From NCBI RefSeq assembly GCF_006345805.1, contig NW_021823701.1, positions 1 to 21,496 on the forward strand: 21,496 nt of DNA, read 5' to 3'. The first letter of the stretch is position 1. Each line of letters starts with the position of its first letter. This document shows, piece by piece, positions 9,663-21,496 of the stretch. Under the pieces are notes generated by a model, which made no database searches, was not told the DNA's origin, and saw only the letters and a list, made by a program, of their open reading frames with translations. The position numbers and the translations under genes were made by a program. The DNA comes from Octopus sinensis (lineage: Eukaryota).

Positions 9663-9861
9663 CATATGAAGCTTTGTCAGTGAACAGGTCACGGTCGGAA
9701 AGTGAGGAAAAGATTTGAACAAATTCAATTGAAATGTTGAAGTGAATCTAACGGTTTTTGTGTGTTTCTTAAATCGCTTATAAACACCTTCCACGCTGCA
9801 ATTGTTTTCGTTCCAGCACACGATCTCAGATCAAGTCACTTGCTATGCAAGTACGTCTCCG

Positions 9862-9903
<42 letters not shown>

Positions 9904-10099
9904 GAAGCTTTGTCAGTGAACAGGTCACGGTCGGAAAGTGAGGAAAAGATTTGAACAAATTCAATTGAAATGTTGAAGTGAATCTAACGGTTTTTGTGTG
10001 TTTCTTAAATCGCTTATAAACACCTTCCACGCTGCAATTATTTTCGTTCCAGCACACGATCTCAGATCAAGTCACTTGCTATGCAAGTACATCTCCGTA

Positions 10100-10145
<46 letters not shown>

Positions 10146-10262
10146 GAAGCTTTGTCAGTGAACAGGTCACGGTCGGAAAGTGACGAAAAGATTTCAACAA
10201 ATTAAAATGAAATGTTGAAGTGAATCTAACGTTTTTTTGTGGTTTTTTTAAATCGCTTATAA
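9088..10262 (+). mobile_element. Inverted 107-bp arm + pyrimidine-rich body + about 3.4 tandem units of 232-242 bp; Penelope-like pLTR array or TIR element
   Basis: 9088-9194 is the reverse complement of 9527-9633 (4 mismatches by eye). Periods 232, 236, 242 differ only in (TA)n length. No coding remnant recognised. Confidence 0.55.
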
Positions 10263-10344
10263 AATATAGTACATATGTTGTGTAATGTATGTAGTACATA
10301 GTTTATGATGTATTTAGTATTTCCAAACAAGAATATTATTGACA

Positions 10345-10382
<38 letters not shown>

Positions 10383-10384
10383 GT

Positions 10385-10547
10385 TTGTATGTCTGTTTAT
10401 CCCCGACACCGCTTGACAACCGGTGCTGGTGTGTTCATGTCCCCGTAACTTAGCGTTTCGTCAAAAGAGAAAATAGATTAAATACTAGGCCTACAAAAAA
10501 TAAGTATTGGGTTCGAATTTCGCGAATAAAGGCGCTGCTGCGGCATG

Positions 10548-10548
<1 letters not shown>
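10385..10548 (+). mobile_element. SINE family A 3' half, heavily altered
   Basis: Similar to 4049-4140 (gcttgacaaccggtgctggtgtg..cttagcg..ggcatgg). Confidence 0.75.
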
Positions 10549-10606
<58 letters not shown>

Positions 10607-10624
10607 GTGTGTGGTGTGTGTGGT

Positions 10625-10815
10625 GTTTGTAATGTCTGTTTATTTCTCGAACATCGTTGGACAACGGGGGTGGGTGTGTACAATTCCCCGAACTTAGCGG
10701 TTCGGGAAAAGGGACCGATAGTTTAAATACTAGGCCTACAAAAAATAAGTCCTGGGGTCGATTTGCACGAATAAAGGCATTGCTCCACCATGGCCCCAGT
10801 CAAATAATTGAAAAA
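10625..10815 (+). mobile_element. SINE family A 3' half, heavily altered
   Basis: cttagcggttcggg..gtcctggggtcgatttg..catggccccagtcaaat. Confidence 0.75.
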
Positions 10816-11159
10816 TTGTGTGTGTAAAATAGAAAATAACCAGAAAAGTTTATATCTTTTAACTACATCAGTAAGGGAGATAACTGAAAATCAACTTTTA
10901 GAGTTACTTCCCTTGACATATTGATAAAAGGCATGACAGTTTAAGATGTAGGCGCGTTTGTTTTTGATGCGAAGGGCACACTTGCATTCGCGCAGGAAGA
11001 TACAAACATACGCATGCAAATTTTCTGCTGTTAACTTTAACAAATAAACATTATAATTTACATTTAATTACACCCGAAAACTATGTAAAGTACTCACCAT
11101 ATCTAGTACTACCCTTGGACATGATCAGGTTTTCTTTTGTTTTAGATAGTATAACGTAT

Positions 11160-11304
11160 GTGTGGGTATATACACGTGTATATGTATGAATGCATGTATT
11201 TCTGTATATAAATATATATATATATATATATTAATGTATATATATGTATTTATATATATTCATAAATTTATAATTTTATATATATATATGTAGGTATATA
11301 CCTA

Positions 11305-11351
<47 letters not shown>
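11160..11351. repeat. Degenerate (TA)n tract
   Basis: Direct reading. Confidence 0.9.
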
Positions 11352-11355
<4 letters not shown>

Positions 11356-14335
11356 AAATGGAAGATAAAATTCCTGGAGGACTGGATCGATGCCCATCCA
11401 AACCACATCCCTTTCTTCGTCCTCACTGAAACCCATCTTAGTGACCTCCACTTGGAAGCCGAGGTGAAAGTTAAAAATTTCAAAGCCATTCGTGCTGATC
11501 GTGCTGGCAGAAGAAAGGGTGGGACTGCCATTTATGTTCATGATTCATTCTCAACAGAAGCTATGAACATATTTTCCAATGGATACTGCGAAGCAGTCGC
11601 TATATTCAGTCAAACCAACAACTTCACAGTAGTTGGGCTCTACAGACCACCCCAAACGCCCCTACCATGCTTCAAGGAATGCCTCAACAACATAAAGTGT
11701 TTCATTCAGCAGTGTCAACCTGACAACATTTTAATGACGGGAGACTTCAACCTTCCCGGGGTTGACTGGTCTACAAACAGTCTGCCGCCAGGTTCTTCTC
11801 TCTCAACCCCTGACAGGGAGGCAGTGGAATCGCTTCTTGACTTCATGGATGATTTCTTCCTGTCCCAACTGGTGCTCGAACCAACGAGATGTCACAAAAA
11901 CGTCTTAGACTTAATTTTCAGCAATCACACTGATACTATCCACAATATTGCAGTGGAGAAAACCCTACTCTCCGACCATGACATGGTTCTCTGTGATCTG
12001 AGATTTCACCGGCCAAAATGCAAAACAAATGTCATCCCTCCTGTTCATCCATTTGACACTATGGATTTCCACAATGCAAACTGGGAAGCGATCAATAATG
12101 ATCTTGCACAAGTCGATTGGTCCTTCACGCACACATACACACCCACTAACATCAAAAAGTCCTGGCAGTCATTTGTAGACACCATTACGAACATATGTGC
12201 AAACCACACCCCATTAAGATCTGCAAACAAATCTAAGTGTCGAATCCCTAGAAATAGAAAATCTCTCATCAGGAAAATTAAAAGAATTAACAAAAAAAAT
12301 CAACGAGCTGAAATACTGTCAACAGCAACACACCAACCTGACTGCCATCTCGTCGCTAGAGATTAAAAAACATAAACTCCAAAACAACATGATGTCTATC
12401 ATCAATAGTCAGAGAAGAGCTGAAGAGGCCTGGGCCATTGAGAAGATCAAACTCAATCCCAAAGTATTCTTTTCATTTGCAAAAATACACAGAGTCACTG
12501 GTTCTACTGTTGGCCCTCTGATTGATGAAAATGGTACTCTTCAAGACAATGCCAAAACCATGGGAGAGATATTGCAGAAACAATACTGCTCTGTTTTCAG
12601 CAATCCTGATATGACTGATCTGGTCTGTATCAGTGATGTTACTCCCCAATACACTTTATCGGACATAACCTTTGGTGCTACTGATGTCTTAGCAGCAATA
12701 AAGGAAATGAAGCATAAATCAGCAGTAGGTCCCGATAGGTTCCCTGCTTGTGTCTTGAAGATGTGTCAACACCAACTTGCACCCACTCGAGCCAATCTGT
12801 GGCGGAACTCACTGGATGCTGGATATATACCAGAAGACCTATCCCAGTTTGTATTCCCAGTTTTCAAAAAAGGAAACAAATCGCTTGCCGTGAATTACCG
12901 TCCAATCTCACTCACCTCTCATATCATTATGGTATTTGAGAGAGTGCTGAGATCGCGTATGACTCACTTCCTTGAGAGTCATGATATGCTGAACTCCAAC
13001 CAGCATGGATTCCGTAATGGAAGGGATTGCCTGACGCAGCTACTGCATCATTTTGATGACGTTTTGAGAGCCTTGGGAGAGGGTTCCAACACTGATGTCA
13101 TCTACCTTGATTTCAGCAAGGCCTTTGACAGGTTTGATCATAAGATCCTTTTGAGAAAGATGTCTAATATTGGTGTCACTAGAAAGCTGCTACAGTGGAT
13201 CAAGTGCTTCCTGTCTAACAGAACCCAACATGTTGTAGTCGAAGGAGTCAAATCCAGCCCAGCCAAAGTCAGCAGTGGTGTCCCACAAGGCACGGTGTTG
13301 GGCCCACTTCTCTTCATCATCTACATAAATGATATTACTGACACCATCAAACACAGTAACATCAGAACCTTCGCTGATGATTCCAAGCTCCAGAAGGTCA
13401 TCAATGGCGTGGATGACCGAATAAGCCTTCAGTCAGACCTACTGGCTGTTGTCCAATGGGCGGAAAAGAACAACATATTGCTAAACATAGACAAATTCGA
13501 ACTGATCCACTTTGGAAGGGAGGACGCTCTGAAACTCCCATACTCCCTTCCTTCTGGAGAAATTATCATGGCGTCAACAACATCAGAGATTTGGGAGTAA
13601 CAGTGGACAGCAACATAAGCTGGGCTACACATATAAGCAGCAAATTTGACATGGCCCGCAGAATGTGTTCCTGGATTCTCAGAACCTTCCAGTCGAGAGA
13701 TTCCCACACCATTATCCTTCTCTTCTTCACTTTTGCCCGACCCCCACCTTGAATACTGTTGTCCACTGTGGTCTCCCTACACGAAACATGAGAATTGAAG
13801 CTCCCCAAAGGTCAATCACAAAAAGATAGATGGCATGTCAGACCTTGACTACTGGGGTAGACTAGAGAAGCTGAAACTGTATTCACTCCAACAACACTGT
13901 GAACGCTACATTATCTGTATGATGTGGAAAATATTCCATCAGCACTGTCCGAATGATGTTGGCATCACCTTCAAAATACATCCAAGGCTTGGACAACGTG
14001 CCATCCGTCCACAACACAAATCTAAATCGCATCACATAACAACAATACGGCACAATTATTTCACCTCAATTGGACCCGCTCTCTTCAACATTACACCAGG
14101 ACACGTCAAAAAAGAAACTGACCACACAAAATTCAAGAAGTCTTTGGACAAATTCCTTCAAACAGTCCCGGACAAACCATCCACACCCGGATATGTCTCC
14201 GGAAACAATAACTGTCTGCTCGAATGGGCCTTGGTGCCCAAATCCTGAATTGAAAGACTTCGCCAGGTGGTGCTATTAAGTTAGACATGGCCTGGGCCAA
14301 TACTGGCCAAAACCTTTCTAAGTTATTCTAAGTTA
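11352..14335 (+). mobile_element. CR1-group LINE (family 3): near-complete APE+RT ORF2, truncated in the endonuclease N-terminus, at least 4 frameshifts
   Basis: APE motifs LTETHL, RADR..GG.AIYV, YRPP, GDFNLP.VDW, EPTR..NVLDLIFSN, SDH. RT motifs NYRPISLTS, YLDFSKAFD, SGVPQGTVLGPLLF, FADDSK, RDLGV. Stop at 14248; tail (TTCTAAGTTA)2 at 14316-14335; (TA)n on both sides. Confidence 0.93.
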
Positions 14336-14339
14336 TATA

Positions 14340-14402
<63 letters not shown>

Positions 14403-14509
14403 GTATGTATATATGTATGTATATATGTATGTATATATGTATGTATGTATATATCTATATATATCTATATATATATGCATGCATATAACTATGTATATAT
14501 GTATGTATA

Positions 14510-14554
<45 letters not shown>

Positions 14555-14643
14555 GTATGTATATATGCATGTATATATGTATTTATGTATATATGTATGT
14601 ATGTATGTATATATATATATCTATATATATATACATGCATATA

Positions 14644-14679
<36 letters not shown>

Positions 14680-14812
14680 CATACATGTATTATATTATGT
14701 ATATATGTATATATTATGTATATATATATGTATGTATGCATATATATATATATATATACATGTATATATATATTTGTATGTATGAGTATAAGCGTATGTA
14801 TGAGTATGTATG
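14336..14812. repeat. (TA)n/(TATG)n compound microsatellite
   Basis: Direct reading. Confidence 0.95.
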
Positions 14813-16149
14813 AGAGGGAGAAATTTTTTTTCAAGAATATTGTTTACTTTAATATTTGTGTCTTTGTGAAATAGATGTTGGTTGGATTATGTTCTTCGTT
14901 ATCTTTGTATTAATGGCGGGGGAGAAGGATGGCGTTCCAGTGTCTTTTGTTTATTTTAACTCATAAAATTATGTGTAATTAAAATTACTTCATCAGTAAA
15001 TGAAGGATTTAAAAATATCCTTCCTTCCCCCCATCCCCATCCACTCTAATACTCCAATATAAATATCTTTTATAGGTAATTCCAGCCTGAAGAATTCAAT
15101 ATGTTATATAATAATAATAATAATAATGATTTTAGTCAGTTGTCTGTTTGCTCAAAAATATCAAAAATATGTTTGGGAAATTATTGGCAGATACATTCGT
15201 TTGCTTCCTGGAAAACTGAAAATTGAGAATAATTTTTTAGCCTGAAGAGAAGGTGTGGAAGGATGAGCGGGAGGAGAGGTGGTGGTCATGGGGAAGACTC
15301 TTGTAAAGGATTATTCCTGTTGAAATTAAGTAATGAGATTATTAACTGAAAATATGTAAACTTGTCTTCTTCAATTATCAATGTCCCTTAAGTGTTGCAT
15401 TATCTACACAAGTGCAATCTCTGAAATAATTTGAAAACAGCTAAATTGAATTGAGAAGAAATAATTAAATTAAAAACAGAATACATTGATAATGCTTGTT
15501 CTTTTCTGAAGAATTATATTTGACAGAAGGAATTACACAATGTTGTTGTTTTTAACAATGCTGTTCAAATATTTGCTTTTAAATTTCTCATTTCTATATT
15601 AAAAAATATATAACACTGCTCCTAATGAAAACTGTTTTTCTTTTCTTTTTATTGTTTTAAATTTTTAAATTTAAAAATCAAACAAAATGTATTAAGGGGG
15701 TAAAAACGTAGTGACTTCATGCAAAATTTTAATATGAAACAAATTCACAAACTGGAATAAAAACAAAAAAATTATCATACTTCAAATAAACTTGCAGACA
15801 TAAGTCCATTAAAGGCATCATTATGAAAACATATTCAAAATTTGGTTATTAATAACCAAATAGTAGAAACCGATTGACAAGATGAGACATTTCAAATAGA
15901 TTTTTTATAATCAACTGCTGTCAAATGTAAATAAAGGAAATGTTAACACAGGAGATAATGACTGCGAACGATCTGCTAATTAAAGTGCAATTAGCAACAT
16001 GGGTGATGGTTTAATTAGCAACACTCACTGGTAAAGAAAAACAGGGATTACCTCCCCTTGCCTTTCAACTCCATCCAAGCATGTTCCATGCATTAAATAC
16101 CTGCCAGTTGTTACTTGGGGATTCGACAGGATTTTTAGCTGATTGCTTA

Positions 16150-16250
16150 GAATGTATTGAAGTAGTCATTCTGGCATTCTGTGCCCTGAGTTCAAATCCC
16201 ATCAACGTCAACTTTGCTTTTTCATTCTTTCAATACAACATCAGGTACTG
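16150..16250 (+). mobile_element. Degenerate SINE family C fragment
   Basis: ctgagttcaaatccc..gtcaactttgctttttcattcttt resembles 17184-17230. Confidence 0.5.
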
Positions 16251-16284
16251 AAAGGAATACATCATTATATTTTGCACTCTCTCA

Positions 16285-16289
16285 TTCTC

Positions 16290-16332
<43 letters not shown>

Positions 16333-16335
16333 CTC
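16285..16335. repeat. (CT)n microsatellite
   Basis: Direct reading. Confidence 0.9.
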
Positions 16336-16885
16336 TTTTTCTTTGAAATATTTCCACTGTAGTTTAACAGAGAGAGGGGTTAGCTACATCATGTTTAAAA
16401 TACCCAAATATGAGTGTGAGGAAGGCATCCTTATGATTCTGACAACATATGATGACTGAAGACAGGGAATGGATATGAATAGACCCCCTCATCAATAGAT
16501 ATACCCAATACTCAATCCTATTGAACAACCACAGTTATCTGTGGTAGTAGTAAGTACATCAGATAAAAATGCTATCTGATGCGTCTACTGAAAATCTAAG
16601 CAGGGTCCTGTCAAACTGTTCCTGTCTATTTATTTGCACAAGCTAATAATGAACCAATGAGAGATCGTGTATGTGGTGGTTAGGTCTGTTAGATGTAGCA
16701 GCCACATCTGCCTCGTATCTTAAAACAAGGACATGTGAACTCACATGGTTATATGGTCATTGCAAATAGGAAAAAGACAGGATGGTCACAGCTAGAATGC
16801 TTTTGATCTCAGGCCTGCGCAGTCAGGGTTGACCAAGGGCTAAACAGCACATTTTATTATTAGTATTGTTGTTGTTATTGTTGTT

Positions 16886-17040
16886 AAGGTGACGGAAATG
16901 TGAGCACATCAGGCAAAACGCTTAGTAGCATTTCTTCTGACTTTACATTCCAAATTTTGATTACCATGAAGCTGACTTTGCCTTTCATCCTGTTAGAGTC
17001 AGTAAAATAGGTACCAGTTGAGTACTGGGGTTGATTAATG
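16886..17040 (+). mobile_element. SINE family C, old copy
   Basis: Colinear with 17115-17324 (aaaacgcttagtagcattt..gactttgcctttcatcc..gtaccagttgagtactgggg). Confidence 0.7.
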
Positions 17041-17114
17041 GACTATATATTCCACTTTACCAAAATTGTTTTTATCTTCATCATCATCATCATTATCATC
17101 ATCATTATCATTAT

Positions 17115-17324
17115 GGCGGCAAGTTGGCAGAAACATTAGCACATTGGACAAAATGCTTAGCAGCATTTTATTCACCTTTATGTTCTGAGTTCAAATTCCA
17201 CCAAGGTAGACTTTGACTTTCATCCTTTCAGGGTCAATAAATTAACTATCAGTGAAACACTGGGGTCATTGTAATTGACTAATCATCCTTCCCCAAATTT
17301 CAGGCCTTCTGCCTTTAGTAGAAG
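17115..17324 (+). mobile_element. tRNA-derived SINE family C with (ATT)n tail
   Basis: A-box-like TGGCAGAAACATTAG, B-box-like GAGTTCAAATTCC, central gactttcatcctttcagggtcaataaa block resembling conserved SINE-superfamily central domains (superfamily not assigned). Confidence 0.75.
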
Positions 17325-17353
17325 TTATTATCATTATTATTATTATTATTATT

Positions 17354-17904
17354 GAGTGAGAGAGCAGTTCATGCCATCAAAGTGACACTGGGGTAAAATA
17401 TACGAAGCCCAATATACCCATCATGACTACCCGTCTGATAAAGGTACACCAGGCACATGCATCACAACCATATGTGCGCGACATGGTGATCTCATATCAA
17501 GATAAACAGCACATGACCTTGCAGGTGGTGCCCAGTTAGAATTTTCTTCAGATCGAGTACCCATCCCGCTCAAAAGGTCCCTGAATAAGGGTTGTTTAGG
17601 ACGTTGAACGAAACACCTATGTTTCCAGAGGTGAACCATTCAAACTCAAAGAATCCTCTCAACACATGGCCATGATGCTCCCCCACTACTTCTGCTCGTG
17701 ATCAGAGATGCACATATCGTCAGCCACTAAGGGACATGCTCAACTGGTTAAGGTCAAACAACTGACAAGCAAATCTGTGGTATTGAGCAGAATATTTGCT
17801 GTAGCCCATCTTTTATACCAAGACAAAACAATGTACATGATAACACTTCCAATCAGTTAAGATCAGAAGCCATGAGAGCCACTGCCTGGTACTGCATCAG
17901 GCAT
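17354..17904 (+). mobile_element. 551-bp island between (ATT)n tracts; probable non-autonomous retroposon
   Basis: Sharp boundaries, higher GC than its flanks, 3' end runs into (ATT)n, no credible ORF. Single copy in this window; orientation tentative. Confidence 0.45.
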
Positions 17905-17965
17905 TTATTATTATATTATTATTATTATTATTATTATTTATTATTATTATTATATATTATTATCA

Positions 17966-18007
<42 letters not shown>

Positions 18008-18206
18008 TATTATTATTATTATCATTATTATTATCATTATTATTATTATTATATTATTATATTATTATTATCATTATTATTATTATATTATTATTATTAT
18101 CATTATTATTCATTTATTATTATTATTTATTATTATTATTATTATTATCATTATTATTATCATTATTATTATTATCATTATTATTATTATTATTATCATC
18201 ATATCA

Positions 18207-18244
<38 letters not shown>

Positions 18245-18266
18245 GTTATTATTATTATTATTATTA

Positions 18267-18326
<60 letters not shown>

Positions 18327-18400
18327 TATTATTATTATCATCATTGTTATTATTATCATTGTTATTATTAGTATTGTTATTATTATTATTATTATTATTA

Positions 18401-18447
<47 letters not shown>

Positions 18448-18606
18448 GTTATTATTATTATTATATTATATTATTATTATTATCATAATTATTATTACTA
18501 TTATTATTATTATTATTATCATTATTATTATTATTATTATTATTATCATTATTATCATTACTATTATTATTATTATTATTATTATTATCATTATTATCAT
18601 TATTAA

Positions 18607-18638
<32 letters not shown>

Positions 18639-18797
18639 TATGTTTGACTTTTGCTTTATATTTGTACAAGTTGGCTCCAAGTCTCACCCAGAGACCTCAA
18701 GAGACAACAGGGTTGGAAGTCCATGTTGTTGTTATGCCTAGTGTGCCATATATTCAGGGGGTGGGGATGTTGTACTAATGAATGTCTAAAAAAAAGG

Positions 18798-18837
<40 letters not shown>

Positions 18838-18940
18838 TATTATTATTATTATTATTATTATCATCATCATCATCATTTGATATTATTATTATTATTATTA
18901 TATTATTATTATTATTATTATATTATTATTATTATTATTC

Positions 18941-18971
<31 letters not shown>

Positions 18972-19003
18972 TATTATTATTATTATTATTACTATTATTA
19001 TTA

Positions 19004-19043
<40 letters not shown>
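17905..19043. repeat. Long (ATT)n/(ATC) microsatellite with a ~160-bp non-repeat island at 18638-18800
   Basis: Direct reading. Confidence 0.95.
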
Positions 19044-21443
19044 GGCAGCAGCGTGTACTGGACCTGGCAGCTAAACGGGAGCATCCCGGTTTTGTGAGCC
19101 GAGGAGCAGTAACACTGCTGAAGAAAGATCTAAACAAGGGAAATGTAATAGATAACTTTAGGCCCATCACTCTGCTTAATGCAGACTTGAAGATTTTGGC
19201 CAAGGTGTTAGCCAAGAGGTTGGCGCTTGTCATCGAAAAACTGGTTGACAAGGCGCAAACGTGCACCGTGCCGGGACCGGATCATCCATGACAACCTCCA
19301 CCTGATGCGCTACATCATAGACAGGGTAGTTAACGAACCTGGCATGGGTGGGGCGCTGATCAATCGAAAGCTTTCGATAGGGTAGACCATCGATACTTGG
19401 AGGCAGTCCTCAGAGCGGCTGGCTTCGGTCCCGTCTTCCGCGGCTGGATAGCCACTTTGTACAGAGGCATCCGTTCGGTAGTTCGCGTAAATGGACATCT
19501 ATCGAGACCTTTCGACATCGCACGTTCGGTTCGTCAGGGATGCCCCCTCTCGTCGCTTCTATACGTATTGACTCTCGAGCCACTATTGCGGAAACTGGTA
19601 ACTCTGAGGGGCATCCCGTGAGAACTGGGATGCGGGACGAGCGTGTCTGCATACGCGGACGACGTCACCGTCATTGTGTCTAGCCACGAGCACATCGAGC
19701 GGGTCGGCGAGACACTGAAAAACTACGAAGCAGTGACAGGAGCAAAAATCAACCGGGAAAAGTCAGTGGGCTTGCGACTAGGCACCTGGAGAAGCAAACC
19801 CATGCCGTCCACCAGCGCCTCCGTTGTGGGACGCTGGACCGACGGTCCGGTCGAGTTGCTCAGGGTCTGGTTCAGTCCGGACCTCCAAATGGAGAAGAAC
19901 TGGAACGAGATAACGAGTAGGGTGGTCACTTTCGCCCAGCAATGGGCCGAGAGGAAACTGTCCCTAAAAGGTCGGGCGGAGGTGGCAAACACGTACATCG
20001 CGTCCATCATCTACTACCGCCTGACCGTCGTGCCTTGTTCCGACCCTACCATCACCAAACTAGAACGTATTCTCTTTCGCTTCTTATGGAAAGGATGCGT
20101 CCCGATGGTCAGACGATTCATTTGCTGCCAACTCCCGTTAAAAGGAGGGCTGGGCATGCCGTGGTTGATGATGCGCAGACACGCGCTGAGACTGCGACAT
20201 CTCAGGCTCTTCGTAGACGACGGTGAACAGGTGTGGTCACCGTTTGTGAGGCACGCGTTCCCGCAGCTCGTCTCCATGACCGAAATGCAATCGTAGATCA
20301 AAAAGAGGCCGAGGAAGGGCGAATGGCACCGCGAGTGTCGCGTTGCTCTCAAGCAACTCTGCCGTCCTGGGTCAACCTTGAGTGACTCCATCACAACCAA
20401 AGCATTCTATAGGGGATTAGTGGAGGGGAGGTACGACAATGCGCTCGGGGCGAACCTGGACGTCGACGAGGAATACCTGACCCGCCTGTTCGGGACGACT
20501 TTCGGGCCAGGGCCCATGGACAACTTCCAGAGATCCCTGGCCTGGCAGTGCTACCGAGAAGCGCTACCCGTTCGGGATAAGCTCTACAGACACGGCTCGA
20601 GAAACACGGGGCCGACCTGCCCGAGATGCGGGCAGGGCGACGAAACCGTTCTGCACGCACTCGTGCAGTGTCCAACAATTTCCGACCTGTGGGCTTATGT
20701 CGAACAACTGCTGTTACGTGTGGGACGAGTTGGTTTATCAGCTGAGTCTATTGTCAATATTGTCACGCCTCCTTCCTTCAAACGGGAAGGAAGAGCTATT
20801 TTCATCATCCTTGTGACTATGGCGAAAGAATGTATCTGGTGGACGCGTCTGAAAGGATTGGAGAGAAACACTTTCCTCTTTGGTCAATCTCTCATCAACT
20901 TCTTCAAGTACCACTTGAAAAGGAAAGTGAGAGTAGAGAGGCAAGTTTTGTCTAGCGAACGTTTTAAAAAAAGATGGGTGAATGTAGCAAGAATGGCACG
21001 TATGAATGACGAAGCCACCTTGAGCATAATCCTATGAACCCAGAAATTGAAAACAGAGGGTTACCCACTTGCAAACAAATGTGGTAACATATAACAATAT
21101 TGACCGAGGTTACCGTGGTCTTTTTCCTAGGCTTTTCTTCCCACGGATAAACCTTACTTGCTTTCCCCTTTACACCATACATCATGACACTGTGATACAC
21201 GATCCCTATTGATCGCTTTTTTTTCCTCTGCCCCTTTTTTCCTCTTTTTTCTTCTTTTTTCATTTTTCTTTTCTTTTTTTCCTTTCTTTCTTTTTTTTCT
21301 TTTCCTTTTATTTGTTCTTTTTTCCCTTTTACGATCCCTTTTGATCGAAAACCTACGCCACTTTTTTTTTCTCCCCCAAAAGAAAAGCTCTACCTTGTAA
21401 CTTGTCCCATCTGTGTGCAGCCCTGTGTGGCCAATAAAGAAAC
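19044..21443 (+). mobile_element. Tx1-group LINE, copy 2; 5'-truncated at the RT start, flanked on both sides by (ATT)n
   Basis: NFRPITLLNADLKILAK motif; colinear with 1-2186 from 19224. Lesions: 1-bp insertion near 19275, 10-bp deletion near 19363, stops at 19619-19621 and 20294-20296. Ends AATAAAGAAAC. Confidence 0.93.
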
Positions 21444-21456
21444 TTATTATTATTAC

Positions 21457-21496
<40 letters not shown>
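21444..21496. repeat. (ATT)n microsatellite
   Basis: Direct reading. Confidence 0.95.

Noticed and set aside
3763-10262. Regularly spaced repeats as CRISPR arrays
   Set aside because: Units are contiguous with no unique spacers, the context is eukaryotic and there are no cas genes.
10873-10914. Imperfect hairpin aagggagataact/agttacttccctt
   Set aside because: Too short for a miRNA precursor and a single occurrence; element terminus not demonstrable.
14328-14834. YI/MY-rich ORFs; likewise I/L/Y-rich ORFs at 17872-19097
   Set aside because: Translations of (TA)n and (ATT)n microsatellites.
14960-14996. Minus-strand CTGATGA followed by hairpin GTAATT/AATTAC
   Set aside because: No GAAA after the hairpin and no stem III or stem I.
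15241-15302. Possible 62-nt internal exon (ttttttAG..GTaaag)
   Set aside because: Weak donor, short pyrimidine tract, no recognisable peptide, no partner exon.
17690-17723. Minus-strand CTGACGA
   Set aside because: No stem II closing onto GAAA.
19224-21443. Segmental duplication of 1-2186
   Set aside because: Flanks differ and divergence is concentrated at synonymous sites and in the UTR, fitting independent insertions.

Overview
Eukaryotic, repeat-saturated non-coding window, probably from a coleoid cephalopod (inferred from octopus-type tRNA-derived SINEs and very high microsatellite content). No host gene is securely identifiable. It contains two broken Tx1/L1-clade LINEs (one at each end), a near-complete but frameshifted CR1-group LINE ORF2, two CR1 3' fragments, an RTE/BovB-type 3' fragment, three SINE families, long microsatellites and four local tandem amplifications of retroelement pieces. 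The most notable signal is a complete type I hammerhead ribozyme fold (3609-3697, +). It lies inside a 400-bp direct-repeat unit preceded by an inverted partial copy, an architecture expected of a Penelope-like pseudo-LTR or non-LTR retrozyme. A second, unrelated element (9088-10262) has the same inverted-plus-tandem layout and a degenerate hammerhead-like motif with a G3-C8 core swap. All alignments and folds were done by eye and need computational and biochemical confirmation.
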